64,000 bases of DNA from an uncultured Pseudobdellovibrionaceae bacterium (GTDB lineage: Bacteria; Bdellovibrionota; Bdellovibrionia; Bdellovibrionales; JAGQZY01): positions 69,755-133,754 of the forward strand of contig CAYGNH010000007.1 in NCBI GenBank assembly GCA_964351315.1, written 5' to 3'. The position numbers were made by a program, and so were the translations under genes. Positions 18,000 through 27,672 of this stretch are shown one piece after another. Position 1 is the stretch's first letter. The number at the start of each line of letters is the position of its first letter. Under the pieces are notes generated by a model, which saw only the letters and a program-made list of their open reading frames with translations, was not told the origin of the DNA and searched no databases.

Positions 18000-18866
18000 C
18001 TATAAGCTCGCTTTTAAAGTTGTACCAAGGTCGGCAGGACTCTTTGAAATCGAGCATCCGGCGCTCGCCAAGGCTTCGAATTTGCCTTCGGCGGTTCCTT
18101 TGCCGCCGCTGACAATTGCTCCAGCATGACCCATACGCTTGCCTTTTGGGGCAGTGGCTCCAGCGATGAACACAGTGACGGGTTTCTTGAATTCTCTTTT
18201 GATGTACTCCGCCGCTTCTTCTTCCGCGGAACCACCAATCTCACCGATCATAATAACCGCATCCGTTTCGGCATCGGCATTAAACATTTCTAGAACGTCG
18301 ATAAAGTTGGTGCCATTGACGGGGTCGCCTCCAATCCCGACACAAGTACTTTGACCGAGACCGACAGCTGTCAATTGGTGAACAGCCTCATATGTCAACG
18401 TGCCCGAGCGGGACAGGACTCCGATGCGACCTTCTTTGTGGATATGACCTGGCATAATTCCAATTTTGCACTGACCAGGAGTAATAACGCCAGGGCAGTT
18501 GGGGCCAACGAGACGAGTCTTTTTACCCTTCATAAAAGCCTTCACTTTAACCATGTCATTGATGGGAATGCCTTCCGTGATACAAATTGCCAAAGGTATT
18601 TCAGCATCGACAGCTTCCATTATTGCATCAGCGGCAAAAGCCGGTGGCACATAAATAACCGTGGCTGTGGCTCCCGTTTTCTCTACCGCTTCGTGGGTTG
18701 AGTTAAAAACGGGAAGATTGAGGTGAGTGCTTCCCCCTTTTCCAGGAGTGACTCCACCGACCATTTTGGTTCCGTACTGGATGGCCTGCTCGGTGTGAAA
18801 GGTTCCTTGGGCACCCGTGATTCCCTGGCAAATGACTTTAGTGTTTTTGTCGATCATAATGGCCAT
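18000..18866 (-). CDS. sucD: Succinyl-CoA ligase subunit alpha
   Basis: 288 aa with [17 protein letters not shown] and GHAGAI (phosphohistidine loop). Confidence 0.95.
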   Translation of the reverse strand: MAIMIDKNTKVICQGITGAQGTFHTEQAIQYGTKMVGGVTPGKGGSTHLNLPVFNSTHEAVEKTGATATVIYVPPAFAADAIMEAVDAEIPLAICITEGIPINDMVKVKAFMKGKKTRLVGPNCPGVITPGQCKIGIMPGHIHKEGRIGVLSRSGTLTYEAVHQLTAVGLGQSTCVGIGGDPVNGTNFIDVLEMFNADAETDAVIMIGEIGGSAEEEAAEYIKREFKKPVTVFIAGATAPKGKRMGHAGAIVSGGKGTAEGKFEALASAGCSISKSPADLGTTLKASL

Positions 18867-18868
18867 GA

Positions 18869-20035
18869 TTAAGCTCCCTTCACAGCGTTAACAATTTTTT
18901 CAGCAGCATCTGTTAAAGAGTCGGCCGGGGTCACGTTCAGACCACTTTCGGCCAGAATTTTTTTACCCTCTTCCACATTGGTTCCTTGCAGTCGAACCAC
19001 TAAAGGCACGCTCAAACCCAGATCTTTAACGGCGGCCAAAACGCCCTCTGCAATGATGTCACATTTCATAATTCCACCGAAGATATTGACCAAGATGCCC
19101 TTCACATTGGGGTCCTGTAAAATAATTTTAAAAGCAGCGGTGACGTTTTCTTTGGTGGCACCACCACCCACGTCCAAGAAGTTGGCAGGCTCAGATCCAT
19201 GCAATTTAATAATATCCATGGTGGCCATGGCTAAACCGGCTCCATTGACCAAGCATCCAATGTTTCCATCGAGCTTAATAAAAGCCAGGTCGTACTTTGA
19301 GGCCTCAACTTCAGCAGGATCTTCCTCGGTAAGGTCGCGAAGCTCCACGATGTCTGGATGACGGTAAAGGGCGTTGGAATCAAAATTCATTTTAGCATCC
19401 AAGGCCATGACGTCACCCTCTTTGGTTGTGACTAAAGGGTTGATTTCCACCATCGCGCAGTCTTCTTTCATATAAATGTCGTAGAGACCTTTAAAATATA
19501 CGGCGGCTTTAATCGCTTGTTTGCCCGAGAATCCTAATTTAAAGGCAAGGTTTCTGGCTTCAAAATCTTGCATTCCAAAAGCGGGGTCGATATTTATAGA
19601 GTAAATTTTTTCGGGCGTTTTTTCGGCCACCTCTTCAATGTTTACGCCCCCTTCTGTCGAGGCCATAATTGAAATTTTCGAGGTTTCACGATCAAGAAAG
19701 ACAGCGCAATAATATTCTTTTTCAATATTGCATCCTTGCTCGATATAGACCTTTTGTACTTCTTTGCCCTCGGGCCCTGTCTGGTGAGTGACCAGAGTCA
19801 TGCCAATCATCTCTTTAGTCAGATTCTCGACTTCGTCCAGAGTTTTAGCGATTTTTACACCGCCCCCTTTGCCGCGACCACCAGCATGAATTTGGGCTTT
19901 AACCACCCAAAGATCACCGCCCAGTTCTTGGGCGCCGGCTCGTGCCTCGGAGGGGCTGTTGGCCACTTGGCCTTTTAAGACTTTGAGTCCGTATTTACGA
20001 AAAATTTCTTTTGCTTGATACTCATGAATGTTCAT
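18869..20035 (-). CDS. sucC: Succinyl-CoA ligase subunit beta
   Basis: 388 aa starting [12 protein letters not shown], with an ATP-grasp domain and [15 protein letters not shown]. Confidence 0.95.
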   Translation of the reverse strand: MNIHEYQAKEIFRKYGLKVLKGQVANSPSEARAGAQELGGDLWVVKAQIHAGGRGKGGGVKIAKTLDEVENLTKEMIGMTLVTHQTGPEGKEVQKVYIEQGCNIEKEYYCAVFLDRETSKISIMASTEGGVNIEEVAEKTPEKIYSINIDPAFGMQDFEARNLAFKLGFSGKQAIKAAVYFKGLYDIYMKEDCAMVEINPLVTTKEGDVMALDAKMNFDSNALYRHPDIVELRDLTEEDPAEVEASKYDLAFIKLDGNIGCLVNGAGLAMATMDIIKLHGSEPANFLDVGGGATKENVTAAFKIILQDPNVKGILVNIFGGIMKCDIIAEGVLAAVKDLGLSVPLVVRLQGTNVEEGKKILAESGLNVTPADSLTDAAEKIVNAVKGA

Positions 20036-20046
20036 TCGCTTTTTCC

Positions 20047-20991
20047 TTAGTAGTCGAGATTTTTTAGTGCAGTTAATAGTTCTTCAACATGTTGGCGAGA
20101 ATTCTCGAGGCCCGCTTTTTCCTTGTCATTCAAATTCAGTTCGATCACTTTTTCCAGGCCATTTTTGCCAAGTTGACAAAGCACGCCAATAAACATCCCG
20201 CTGATTCCATACTCACCATCCAGGTAGGCGGCACAAGGAAGGATTCGGTTTTGGTCTTTCAAAATCGCTTCGGCCATCTCAACAGCACTGGCGGATGGGG
20301 CATAGTAAGCCGAGCCCGTTTTCAATAGACCCACAATTTCAGCGCCCCCTTTGCGAGTTCTTTCGACGATTTGGTCGATGGTGTCTTTGGGAAGCATTTC
20401 CATTAAAGGGACTCCGCCGACGGAACAATGTCTAGGCATGGGGACCATAGTGTCTCCGTGGCCACCAAGGACAAAGGCGTTAATATCTTTGACGCTGATG
20501 CCAGTGGCTTCAGCAATAAACGAGCGGAAGCGGGCGCCGTCAAGGATACCGGCCATGCCGATGATTCTTTCTCGGGGAAAGCCTAGGGTTTCCTTGGCAA
20601 CCATAGCCATGGCATCAAGAGGGTTAGAAACAATAATGACGGTTGATTGCGGAGCGTGTTCCTTGATGCCTTCGCAAACGGCTTTCATAATTTTTGCGTT
20701 GGTGGCCAGAAGGTCGTCGCGGCTCATTCCAGGTTTTCGAGGCAGTCCAGCCGTGACGATAACAATATCAGACCCAGCGGCGTCTTTATAATCAGAGGTC
20801 CCTGTAACATTGGAATCAAAACCTTCAACCGGTGAGGCTTCAAAAAGATCCAAAGCTTTTCCTTTGGCTGATCCCTCATTAATATCCAAGAGAACAACGT
20901 CTCCTAGCTCTTTTTGGGCGGCCCAGTGGGCACACGTTGAACCAACAAACCCTGCGCCAACGACAGTGATTTTCTTTCTGACATGACTCAT
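20047..20991 (-). CDS. mdh: Malate dehydrogenase (LDH-like MDH)
   Basis: Start at ATG 20991 ([18 protein letters not shown]), with GGAGGA 7 nt upstream. The motifs [13 protein letters not shown] and GGHGD are present. The track ORF's extra 47 N-terminal codons are rejected. Confidence 0.9.
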   Translation of the reverse strand: MSHVRKKITVVGAGFVGSTCAHWAAQKELGDVVLLDINEGSAKGKALDLFEASPVEGFDSNVTGTSDYKDAAGSDIVIVTAGLPRKPGMSRDDLLATNAKIMKAVCEGIKEHAPQSTVIIVSNPLDAMAMVAKETLGFPRERIIGMAGILDGARFRSFIAEATGISVKDINAFVLGGHGDTMVPMPRHCSVGGVPLMEMLPKDTIDQIVERTRKGGAEIVGLLKTGSAYYAPSASAVEMAEAILKDQNRILPCAAYLDGEYGISGMFIGVLCQLGKNGLEKVIELNLNDKEKAGLENSRQHVEELLTALKNLDY

Positions 20992-21168
20992 AATCATTCC
21001 TCCGCTTTTTGTGTTCCCCCTTCTTATACCCAAGAGGCAGAAGAGTAAACCTATGCCAACAAAATTAAGACAAAGAAATTGGGGTTTTAGGCGGGAAAAA
21101 TCCCACAACTTGGGGCTGTGTTTCGGGGCCAAATCAAAGTATACTTTGGACTCGTTGAAGGGGGAGAA

Positions 21169-21942
21169 ATGGGCATCGGCACGGAGGCCGCCATAATCCA
21201 GCTCAAAAAGGTTTCTTTGAGCTTTGAGGGCCAGAAAATCCTGGAAAACTTTAGTCTCACCTTATCCGAGGGAGATTCTCTGGTTCTGATCGGCCCCAGT
21301 GGTAGCGGGAAAAGCACTCTTTTGAAACTGATGGCCGGCCTTTTGGTCCCAGACTCAGGCGAAGTGCTGTACCGAGGCCATAACCTTTCAACGCTCAGCA
21401 AAAAAGACCAAGCTCGGCAATTGTCGGAAGTGGGAATGCTGTTTCAGCAAAACGCCTTATTTGATTCCATGACTGTTTACGAAAATCTCCACTTTGTCCT
21501 GTCAGAAGTAGAAGGCGAGAGGGTGGCCAACGGTAAACATCGGGAAATCTTAGATTTGTTGACGGAGGTTGGGTTGGACCACGTGCCCCATCTTTTTCCC
21601 AGTGAGATCAGCGGTGGAATGCAAAAAAGGCTGGGCATTGCCAGAGCCCTTTGTTTGAAGCCTAAGTTGGTATTTTATGATGACCCAACCGCAGGTTTAG
21701 ACCCGATCACCAGTCGAAAAATAGTGAGCATGATTATGGGCCTCCAAAAAAAATGGGGAGCCACTATTGTGACAGTGACCAATGATATGACTCGAGCCTT
21801 TCAGTTGGCGGGACGCTGTTTGGTGTGCTTACCAGGTGAATTTATAATGACAGGGACAGGAGATGATACCCGTCAATTTGCCGATGCGAGGGTTCAACAA
21901 TTTATAAAGGGTGAGGTTGATGGACCCTTGGGGGCCCTTTGA
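21169..21942 (+). CDS. MlaF-like ABC ATPase, predicted catalytically degenerate (Walker B DD, H-loop Asn)
   Basis: Start at ATG 21169 with SD AAGGGGGAG. Walker A is GPSGSGKST and the signature ISGGMQKR is intact. Walker B reads LVFYDDP (E->D, nt 21678-21683) and the H-loop reads TVTNDM (H->N, nt 21781-21783). Confidence 0.85.
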   Translation: MGIGTEAAIIQLKKVSLSFEGQKILENFSLTLSEGDSLVLIGPSGSGKSTLLKLMAGLLVPDSGEVLYRGHNLSTLSKKDQARQLSEVGMLFQQNALFDSMTVYENLHFVLSEVEGERVANGKHREILDLLTEVGLDHVPHLFPSEISGGMQKRLGIARALCLKPKLVFYDDPTAGLDPITSRKIVSMIMGLQKKWGATIVTVTNDMTRAFQLAGRCLVCLPGEFIMTGTGDDTRQFADARVQQFIKGEVDGPLGAL

Positions 21943-22667
21943 TAGAGTTTCGAAATATCACCAAAAGTTTCGGCGAAAGAACGATTCTAAAAAATCTAAA
22001 CCTTTCAATTCCTGAGGCAAAAATAGTGTTTATTTTAGGAATGTCAGGGACTGGGAAGTCGGTTTTGTTAAAAAATATTGTTGGACTATTAAAGCCAGAT
22101 TCTGGCGAGCTTTTTGTTGAAAAGTTTCCGGTTCATCAATTAAATGAAGCTGAAATGATGGAGGTTCGTAAAATCTGTGGAATGGTTTTTCAGCAGCCAG
22201 CCCTTTTTGATGCTTTGACCGTCTTCGAAAATGTGGCCTATGGACTGCGCCGTCACTTTTACCTTGCCGAAAAAGAAATTGAGGTTCGCGTTCAAGAAAG
22301 TTTACACATGGTAGGCTTGCACGGAGTCGAAAACAAAATGAGCTTTGAGTTGTCTTACGGAATGAAAAAACGGGTCAGTTTGGCGAGAACCGTAGCTTTA
22401 AAGCCAAAAATTTTACTTTTTGACGAGCCAACGACGGGTTTAGATCCGATTTCGACAAATCGGATCAATCAGCTAATTTTAGATCTTTCCAAAAACCTGG
22501 GAACGACTTCGGTTGTTGTGAGTCATGATATGGACAGTGCTTTGAAAGTCGCCGATCACATCGTCGTTTTAGAAAAGGGGCGTCTTTTAACCCAAGGCTC
22601 CCCTCAGGAAATGCGTTCCAGCCCCGTGCCTCTTGTCCAAGATTTTCTGGTTGAGGTGGCTCGATGA
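21939..22667 (+). CDS. MlaF-like ABC ATPase with canonical catalytic residues but a degenerate signature motif
   Basis: Walker A is GMSGTGKSV, Walker B LLFDEPTTGLDP and the H-loop VVSHDM. The signature reads LSYGMKKR (G->Y, nt 22353-22364). Its TTG start overlaps the upstream stop (TTGA). Confidence 0.85.
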   Translation: MIEFRNITKSFGERTILKNLNLSIPEAKIVFILGMSGTGKSVLLKNIVGLLKPDSGELFVEKFPVHQLNEAEMMEVRKICGMVFQQPALFDALTVFENVAYGLRRHFYLAEKEIEVRVQESLHMVGLHGVENKMSFELSYGMKKRVSLARTVALKPKILLFDEPTTGLDPISTNRINQLILDLSKNLGTTSVVVSHDMDSALKVADHIVVLEKGRLLTQGSPQEMRSSPVPLVQDFLVEVAR

Positions 22668-23422
22668 TGTTTGCTAAAGGTTTGAACGACTTAGGGGCTG
22701 TTCTGATCTATGTTTGGGCTGTGGCTCAACGGTCCATGAAAAGCTGGGGGCGTCGAGAGGAGATTTTTGAAAAGTGCCTACAAGTGATTCAACAGAGTTT
22801 GGCAACCACATTGTTTGCCGGCTTTTTTGTCGGCGCCATTATGACCCTGCAGTTTACCTTACAAGTGCAAATGTTCAGTGCTCTTTCGTACTTAGGGGCT
22901 TTGGTGACAAGTGCTACTGTCCGCGAGGTAGGCCCCCTTTTAATTGCTTTTCTGTTAAGTGGAAAAATCGGAGCCTTCACTTCGGCAGAACTAGGGACAA
23001 TGAAGGTCAGCGAACAAATTGATGCCATTCGTTGTCTCGGAGCCGACCCCCTTCTCGAGGTTATCGTTCCTCGTTTCTTGGGAATCATTCTGGCCAGTTT
23101 CTTTTTGCTTAGCTTTGGGCTGATTTTTTCTTTTGCAGGTGGGATACTGATGGCTGTCAATTTTAGTGGGGTTCCATGGGAGCAGTACCTTTCTCATATT
23201 CCGCAAGTGGTTTCGACTTTCTCGATTGTCAGCGGAGTCGTGAAATGCTTGGTCTTTTCTGTTGTGATTGCGACTTTATGCACCTATCGCGGCTATACGG
23301 TGATAGGCGGTGCGCGTGAAGTCGGAGAAGGCGTCGTACAAGCTGCCACCCAGACTATGATCACTCTGGTTTTGGCCGATTGGTTCAGCAGCTTTGTACT
23401 TGAGGGCCTTTTTAATGTCTAA
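22664..23422 (+). CDS. MlaE-like ABC permease (copy 1)
   Basis: 252 aa with the MlaE hallmark VREVGPLLIAFLLSGKIGAFTSAELGTMKVSEQIDAIRCLGADP. Confidence 0.85.
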   Translation: MMFAKGLNDLGAVLIYVWAVAQRSMKSWGRREEIFEKCLQVIQQSLATTLFAGFFVGAIMTLQFTLQVQMFSALSYLGALVTSATVREVGPLLIAFLLSGKIGAFTSAELGTMKVSEQIDAIRCLGADPLLEVIVPRFLGIILASFFLLSFGLIFSFAGGILMAVNFSGVPWEQYLSHIPQVVSTFSIVSGVVKCLVFSVVIATLCTYRGYTVIGGAREVGEGVVQAATQTMITLVLADWFSSFVLEGLFNV

Positions 23423-24149
23423 AGTGGGATTTTTCTTTATTTGTTATCAAACATTAGTCAGCTTCTTTACCCATGGGTTGCGCTTAAAAGAAGTCAGAAA
23501 GTACTTGGACCATCTCGCGTACCGGAGCCTGAATATCATCGTTGTCTGTGTTTCCTTTGCTGCGGCGGTGACGATACTCGAAGCCTCTTATCACATGAAA
23601 CTCGTTTTGCATGATGACAGTTTGGTCCCGGGGTTTGCAGCGATGCTTATCGTGCGTGAACTCGCCGTTGTCGTCATGGCTTTGCTGCTTGCTGCGAAGA
23701 TCGGAGCCGGTATTGCGGCGGAAGTGGGGCAAATGAAGATCTCCGAACAAATCGACGCTCTCAAGCTGCTGGGTATCCACCCATTGAACTACCTGGTGCT
23801 TCCTCGGCTTGTCGCCTGCCTCATAGCGGGCGTTCTGCTGGCTCTCATTGCCAATGCCGTTTGCTTAATAACGGCGATAGCAGTAACGGCCCTGTCGCTG
23901 GACCAAAGTATTGGGTTTTTTACAGTCGCCTTCAGGCGTTTTGTTTTAATGCAAGATCTATATTTTTCATTGATCAAGGGGGCCCTATTTTGTGGTGTGA
24001 TTCCTCTTATAGCTTGCTACTACGGATTGATTTGTGAGCCTGGGGCCAATGGAGTTGGCCGCGCGACAACAAAAAGTGTTGTTTCTTCCTCAATTACCAT
24101 AATCGTATTAGACTTTATCCTAACTTTGACCTTTTCATTTTTTTATTAA
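23415..24149 (+). CDS. MlaE-like ABC permease (copy 2)
   Basis: It contains VRELAVVVMALLLAAKIGAGIAAEVGQMKISEQIDALKLLGIHP. The start is taken at ATG 23415 (the track gives 23394). Confidence 0.8.
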   Translation: MSKVGFFFICYQTLVSFFTHGLRLKEVRKYLDHLAYRSLNIIVVCVSFAAAVTILEASYHMKLVLHDDSLVPGFAAMLIVRELAVVVMALLLAAKIGAGIAAEVGQMKISEQIDALKLLGIHPLNYLVLPRLVACLIAGVLLALIANAVCLITAIAVTALSLDQSIGFFTVAFRRFVLMQDLYFSLIKGALFCGVIPLIACYYGLICEPGANGVGRATTKSVVSSSITIIVLDFILTLTFSFFY

Positions 24150-24160
24150 AGAGAGAAATC

Positions 24161-24940
24161 ATGACCTCACAAATGAAAGTTGCGCTTCTATTTATCTTTG
24201 CAGGTTTATCGGTGGTTCTCTTTGTGTCGTTTTTGGGTCAGTTTGCGATCTTTGGAAACTACCGACATTTGGTCGTTGCCTACAACTTTGTGGGGGGACT
24301 TGAAGAAGGCTCTCATGTTCGCCTGATGGGAGTCAAAGTGGGCAAAGTGACAAAAGTGGAGTTCAAGCCCAACTACAAAACGCCTGAGGGTGAAGAAGTT
24401 AAACTGCATGTTCACATTAAGGTCAAAGATCGGGCCTGGCCGGTGATTCGGTCTAATAGTCATTATTTTATCAACATGGCCGGAATCATTGGTGAAAAAT
24501 ATCTGGAAATCTCGCCGGGCCGATCAGATTCGGAGCAGATCAAAGAAGGAGCCATTGTTCGAGGTTCTGATCCACCTCGGGTTGATCAACTGATTTCGCA
24601 AGGCTATGCTTTGGCCGGGAAAATATTATCGGTCGTTGAGGATAATGAGGGGTCTGTCACTTCGACCATTGGTTCGATCAGCGATTTGGTGAAAAGTTTG
24701 AATAAGGTTCTTGGAACCATCGACAATTTGGCATCCAACCAGGAGGCCAAAGGGTTGATTAAGCAGATAAGTACCCTAAGCCGAGAAATGGGTGTTTTGT
24801 TGAAAGATGCGAACCACGGGAACATTCAATTAATGCTGGTTTCCATGCGAAAGCTTTTATCAAAACTTGAAAAAATCGAGGAAAAAGAAATCCGCACCTT
24901 TTTGCAAGAAGAAGGAATTAAAGCGAGAGTGGCGTTATGA
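24161..24940 (+). CDS. MlaD-like MCE-domain protein
   Basis: 259 aa with an N-terminal TM, then an MCE pattern (GLEEGSHVRLMGVKVGKV), then a helical C-terminus. Confidence 0.8.
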   Translation: MTSQMKVALLFIFAGLSVVLFVSFLGQFAIFGNYRHLVVAYNFVGGLEEGSHVRLMGVKVGKVTKVEFKPNYKTPEGEEVKLHVHIKVKDRAWPVIRSNSHYFINMAGIIGEKYLEISPGRSDSEQIKEGAIVRGSDPPRVDQLISQGYALAGKILSVVEDNEGSVTSTIGSISDLVKSLNKVLGTIDNLASNQEAKGLIKQISTLSREMGVLLKDANHGNIQLMLVSMRKLLSKLEKIEEKEIRTFLQEEGIKARVAL

Positions 24941-25560
24941 AGTATTGGCTCGTCAGTATTGTCCTTTTCTCCAGCTTCCCTAGCTCAGCCGCCATACTTT
25001 GGCCAGATTCCGGAACAAGTTCAAAATCGAACGGGCATAGCCGCTTCAACTATGATCGGACCGAAGAAGCCAGAGAGGTTTCCACTTTCTGGTCAAAGAG
25101 AAAAATGGGAGTGGGGGTGGCAACGGCTGGCGCTTATGGTCTTTTAGGTGGCATTATTGGTATTCACTTTCACCCGCAGTGGAGTGTGGACCTCGGGTTT
25201 GGTGGGGGAAGTCACTTTCAATCGTTTGGCTTTCGAGTGAAGAAAATGCTTCTTTTGTCCTCGCCCCTGAATCCTTATGTGGGTGTTGGTTTTAATCGCT
25301 GGCAGCGCACCAACACTCGGCCATTCAACTCCAAAGACGTTTCGCCCGGCTATGTGGTTCGAGAGTTCATGTCTGAGGACGAGAAGCGTGAGAATCGGAT
25401 TGATGAGAAATTGGTCAATGCCACTTTGGGGATTCAATACACCTTCACTCAGGGGTCCTGGCAGGGTTATGGCTTGTTTGTTGAAGCCCTTCTTTTGATG
25501 TCGGTTGAAGACTTTCAAAGCGCTCCGACAGCCTCAATGGGTTTTAATTACTTTTTCTAA
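24937..25560 (+). CDS. Small outer-membrane beta-barrel protein, translationally coupled to mlaD-like
   Basis: 207 aa with a signal peptide, alternating hydrophobic beta-strand pattern, and a C-terminal beta-signal ending …GFNYFF. Its ATG overlaps the mlaD-like stop (ATGA). Confidence 0.6.
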   Translation: MKYWLVSIVLFSSFPSSAAILWPDSGTSSKSNGHSRFNYDRTEEAREVSTFWSKRKMGVGVATAGAYGLLGGIIGIHFHPQWSVDLGFGGGSHFQSFGFRVKKMLLLSSPLNPYVGVGFNRWQRTNTRPFNSKDVSPGYVVREFMSEDEKRENRIDEKLVNATLGIQYTFTQGSWQGYGLFVEALLLMSVEDFQSAPTASMGFNYFF

Positions 25561-25615
25561 AAGGCCTAGTTTAGATCTGAGGGCTCCGCCTCTTTATGAC
25601 AAGTAACAATCAGGC

Positions 25616-25650
25616 AAAAAAAAACCCCGGGGGTAACCGGGGCTTTCTTT
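25616..25650. terminator. Bidirectional rho-independent terminator between convergent genes
   Basis: A9 run, CCCCGG(25625-30)-gggtaa-CCGGGG(25637-42), then cTTTCTTT. It reads as a hairpin followed by a T-run on both strands. Confidence 0.8.
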
Positions 25651-25671
25651 CGTTTGACTAAAAAGTCGACC

Positions 25672-25941
25672 TTACTTCTTACGTCGTGTGGCCTTTTTAG
25701 CGGTAGACTTTTTCTTAGTCTTACGCTTTTTAGTCGCTTTCTTTTTAGTCTTACGCTTCTTTGGCGCAGCTTTTTTAGCTTTACGCTTAGTTTTGCGCTT
25801 TTTAGTCGCTTTCTTTTTAGCAGCTTTTTTCTTAGTTGCTTTCTTCTTAGTTGCTTTCTTCTTAGTCTTACGACGAGCTGTCTTACGTTTAGTAGCCTTT
25901 TTCGCCGTCTTCTTTTTTGTAGTACGTTTTTTCTTTGCCAT
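25672..25941 (-). CDS. Histone H1-like lysine-rich nucleoid protein (89 aa)
   Basis: MAKKKRTTKKKTAKKATKRK…; it is mostly K/R/A/T, with KKKATKK repeats. SD GAGGAGG lies upstream and the terminator above lies downstream. Confidence 0.75.
   Translation of the reverse strand: MAKKKRTTKKKTAKKATKRKTARRKTKKKATKKKATKKKAAKKKATKKRKTKRKAKKAAPKKRKTKKKATKKRKTKKKSTAKKATRRKK
25725..25872. repeat. Intragenic direct/tandem repeats encoding the Lys-rich repeats
   Basis: The exact 24-mer gctttttagtcgctttctttttag occurs at 25725-25748 and 25797-25820. The tandem 15-mer cttagttgctttctt occurs at 25831-25845 and 25846-25860. Confidence 0.7.
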
Positions 25942-25991
25942 TATGCCTCCTCAAAAACGATGAGTTCTTTGTTGTTTAAACTTCTGCATTC

Positions 25992-26019
25992 AGTTTACTC
26001 ACGTGACTATATTCGTCAA
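25992..26019 (-). promoter_or_regulatory. Candidate sigma70 promoter for the H1-like gene
   Basis: On the minus strand: TTGACG (26019-26014), a 16-nt spacer, then TAAACT (25997-25992), about 50 nt upstream of the ATG. Confidence 0.3.
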
Positions 26020-26065
26020 TAGAAAATAATTTCTTTAGCACTTTTTTTGCTTATGAAAACTACTG

Positions 26066-26830
26066 ATGATGATTAATTCACTGGTTTCCATTGCAATATT
26101 TGTGTTCGTATTTGTGTTCGTAAATCGGATTTTCGGACAAATAAAAAAACACCATGTTTTCCCTCTGAAATTGATGACAAATTTTGGCACTTTCTACTTT
26201 ATTTTTCTTTTTGGTCTGTATTTCTATTTTTTCGCGCACCCTTTTTGGTTTTGGTTGGTTTGCTTTTTGTCTTTGATTCTATTTCCTGCGTTTGTTTTTT
26301 TACTGGTTCAATTCCACCAACAACAGTTCTACAGCGAGTTTCTAAGATTTCTCTCTATGGTGATCTTAGCCATGCGCCGGGGACTTTCTTATTCAGCAGC
26401 CATGGAAGTCTCAATCCGGGGCGGTGACTGGAAGCAAGGCCAGCTTCTTCGGGGTATCTACGAGAATGTTGTTTTTTCACAACAAGAACCTGTTGTTAAA
26501 AAGGGACTGTTCGGGCAATTCATCCACCAAATTCACGTACAACTGAAGGCTCTCCATCATGACCCTCACCGAGCAATTGATAGGCTGTGTAATTTTCGAA
26601 AAAATTTATTAGATCGTCTCAATTTTCGACGAAAGTCGAGACAGATTTGGGCTTATTTCGGATTCCAACTGGGACTTTTGAGCTTTATTTACTTCGGTTT
26701 ACTGGCTTTTGTAGCTTTTCAAAATGGCTTTCATAGGTTCAAAACATCTTTTTTGCTTTCATTTTTATTTTATTTACTGGGTCTCATAGCCACGTTGATA
26801 ATTGCGAGGCTTAAAAAATGGCACATATAG
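26066..26830 (+). CDS. T2SSF-domain inner-membrane platform protein, TadB-like (short)
   Basis: 254 aa with N-terminal TMs, a cytoplasmic helical domain (FLRFLSMVILAMRRGLSYSAAME…LCNFRKNLLDRLNFRRKSRQ) and C-terminal TMs. This is the TadB/TadC topology. Confidence 0.55.
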   Translation: MMINSLVSIAIFVFVFVFVNRIFGQIKKHHVFPLKLMTNFGTFYFIFLFGLYFYFFAHPFWFWLVCFLSLILFPAFVFLLVQFHQQQFYSEFLRFLSMVILAMRRGLSYSAAMEVSIRGGDWKQGQLLRGIYENVVFSQQEPVVKKGLFGQFIHQIHVQLKALHHDPHRAIDRLCNFRKNLLDRLNFRRKSRQIWAYFGFQLGLLSFIYFGLLAFVAFQNGFHRFKTSFLLSFLFYLLGLIATLIIARLKKWHI

Positions 26831-27243
26831 TTCCGTCCATTTCATTTTTAAAGATTTTCATGGGTCACCTTCAATCGGGAAAATCGGTGGGACTAGCTCT
26901 CGATGAAACCGTGAAGGAGGAACAGTCGGAATTTTCGTTACAAGTCCTACACTGGCGCGCTAGAAACCAAGGGTCGGCAACGCCGATCTTGTTTAAAGCC
27001 TGTACCCACTTTCAACAGGCTTTTTTTGAAATCGTTGGTGCAGGTCTAGAGGGTGCACCCGTTTTTGAACTCTTGGTTGAGCTAGAAATTGAAATGCTCG
27101 AAGAATTTGATCGGCAATGGAAGAACTATCTTGAAAAACTGCCGATGATCCTCAGCCTTCCTCTTCTTCTATTTTTCTTTCCAGCCTATGTCATTCTGAT
27201 GTTTGGCCCGTTGTTAACCCAATTTCTCAATGAGGTACACTAG
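26818..27243 (+). CDS. T2SSF-domain protein, TadC-like (minimal, 141 aa)
   Basis: FLKIFMGHLQSGKSVGLALDE…FFEIVGAGLEGAPVFELLVELEIEMLEEFDRQ…KLPMILSLPLLLFFFPAYVILMFGPLL matches the T2SSF/GspF-TadC pattern. It overlaps the upstream gene by 13 nt. Confidence 0.6.
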   Translation: MAHIVPSISFLKIFMGHLQSGKSVGLALDETVKEEQSEFSLQVLHWRARNQGSATPILFKACTHFQQAFFEIVGAGLEGAPVFELLVELEIEMLEEFDRQWKNYLEKLPMILSLPLLLFFFPAYVILMFGPLLTQFLNEVH

Positions 27244-27245
27244 CT

Positions 27246-27659
27246 ATGATTATCTATATAATTCCCTTTTTGCTATTGATTTCACCGGCTCTGCAAGCCG
27301 AGCCGATATCGATCTCTAACAACATCGAAGAATTTCTGGAAACCGAATTCCACGAAACTGATTCAGTGGGAACTCTCGACGCTTGCCGAGTCGAGGAAAA
27401 ATACCAAATTTTCCCCAAAAACTGTTTACTTCACTTGGAAAGACTGTTGCTTGAGCCGCATAGGGCGAAGTCTTTTTCTCAGCTTTTTGTTGCTGTTTCC
27501 CGCCTGTGTGTTAGTCAAACCCATCAGTTGCAGAGTCAAGCTTCGGTCAATCAGATTTTAAACATCACCAGCCTATCCAGTCAGTGCCGACAAAGTCTTT
27601 TGGGCCATCGCGAGGACCTGCAATACCAGCAGGGGCAAAGGGGTTGGCATATCCCTTGA
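27246..27659 (+). CDS. Hypothetical secreted Cys-containing protein
   Basis: 137 aa with a signal peptide (…SPALQAEP) and 4 Cys. It starts 2 nt after the upstream gene. I recognise no family. Confidence 0.55.
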   Translation: MIIYIIPFLLLISPALQAEPISISNNIEEFLETEFHETDSVGTLDACRVEEKYQIFPKNCLLHLERLLLEPHRAKSFSQLFVAVSRLCVSQTHQLQSQASVNQILNITSLSSQCRQSLLGHREDLQYQQGQRGWHIP

Positions 27660-27672
27660 AATAGAAAAAGAC

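Noticed and set aside
20992-21132. The extended N-terminus of the mdh track ORF (47 extra residues), plus the 104-aa minus ORF 21087..21401.
   Set aside because: The mdh Rossmann motif starts right after ATG 20991, which has a GGAGGA SD. The extension and the 104-aa ORF overlap the divergent ABC gene and promoter region.
25654-26022. Plus-strand ORFs (122 and 91 aa; Phe/Leu/Ser-rich) opposite the lysine-rich gene, and the periodic repeats there. I briefly considered a repeat array or CRISPR-like structure.
   Set aside because: These are antisense shadows of AAG/AAA-rich coding repeats. The minus-strand gene has the SD, promoter and terminator. The repeats are 15-24 nt coding units without unique spacers, so this is not CRISPR.
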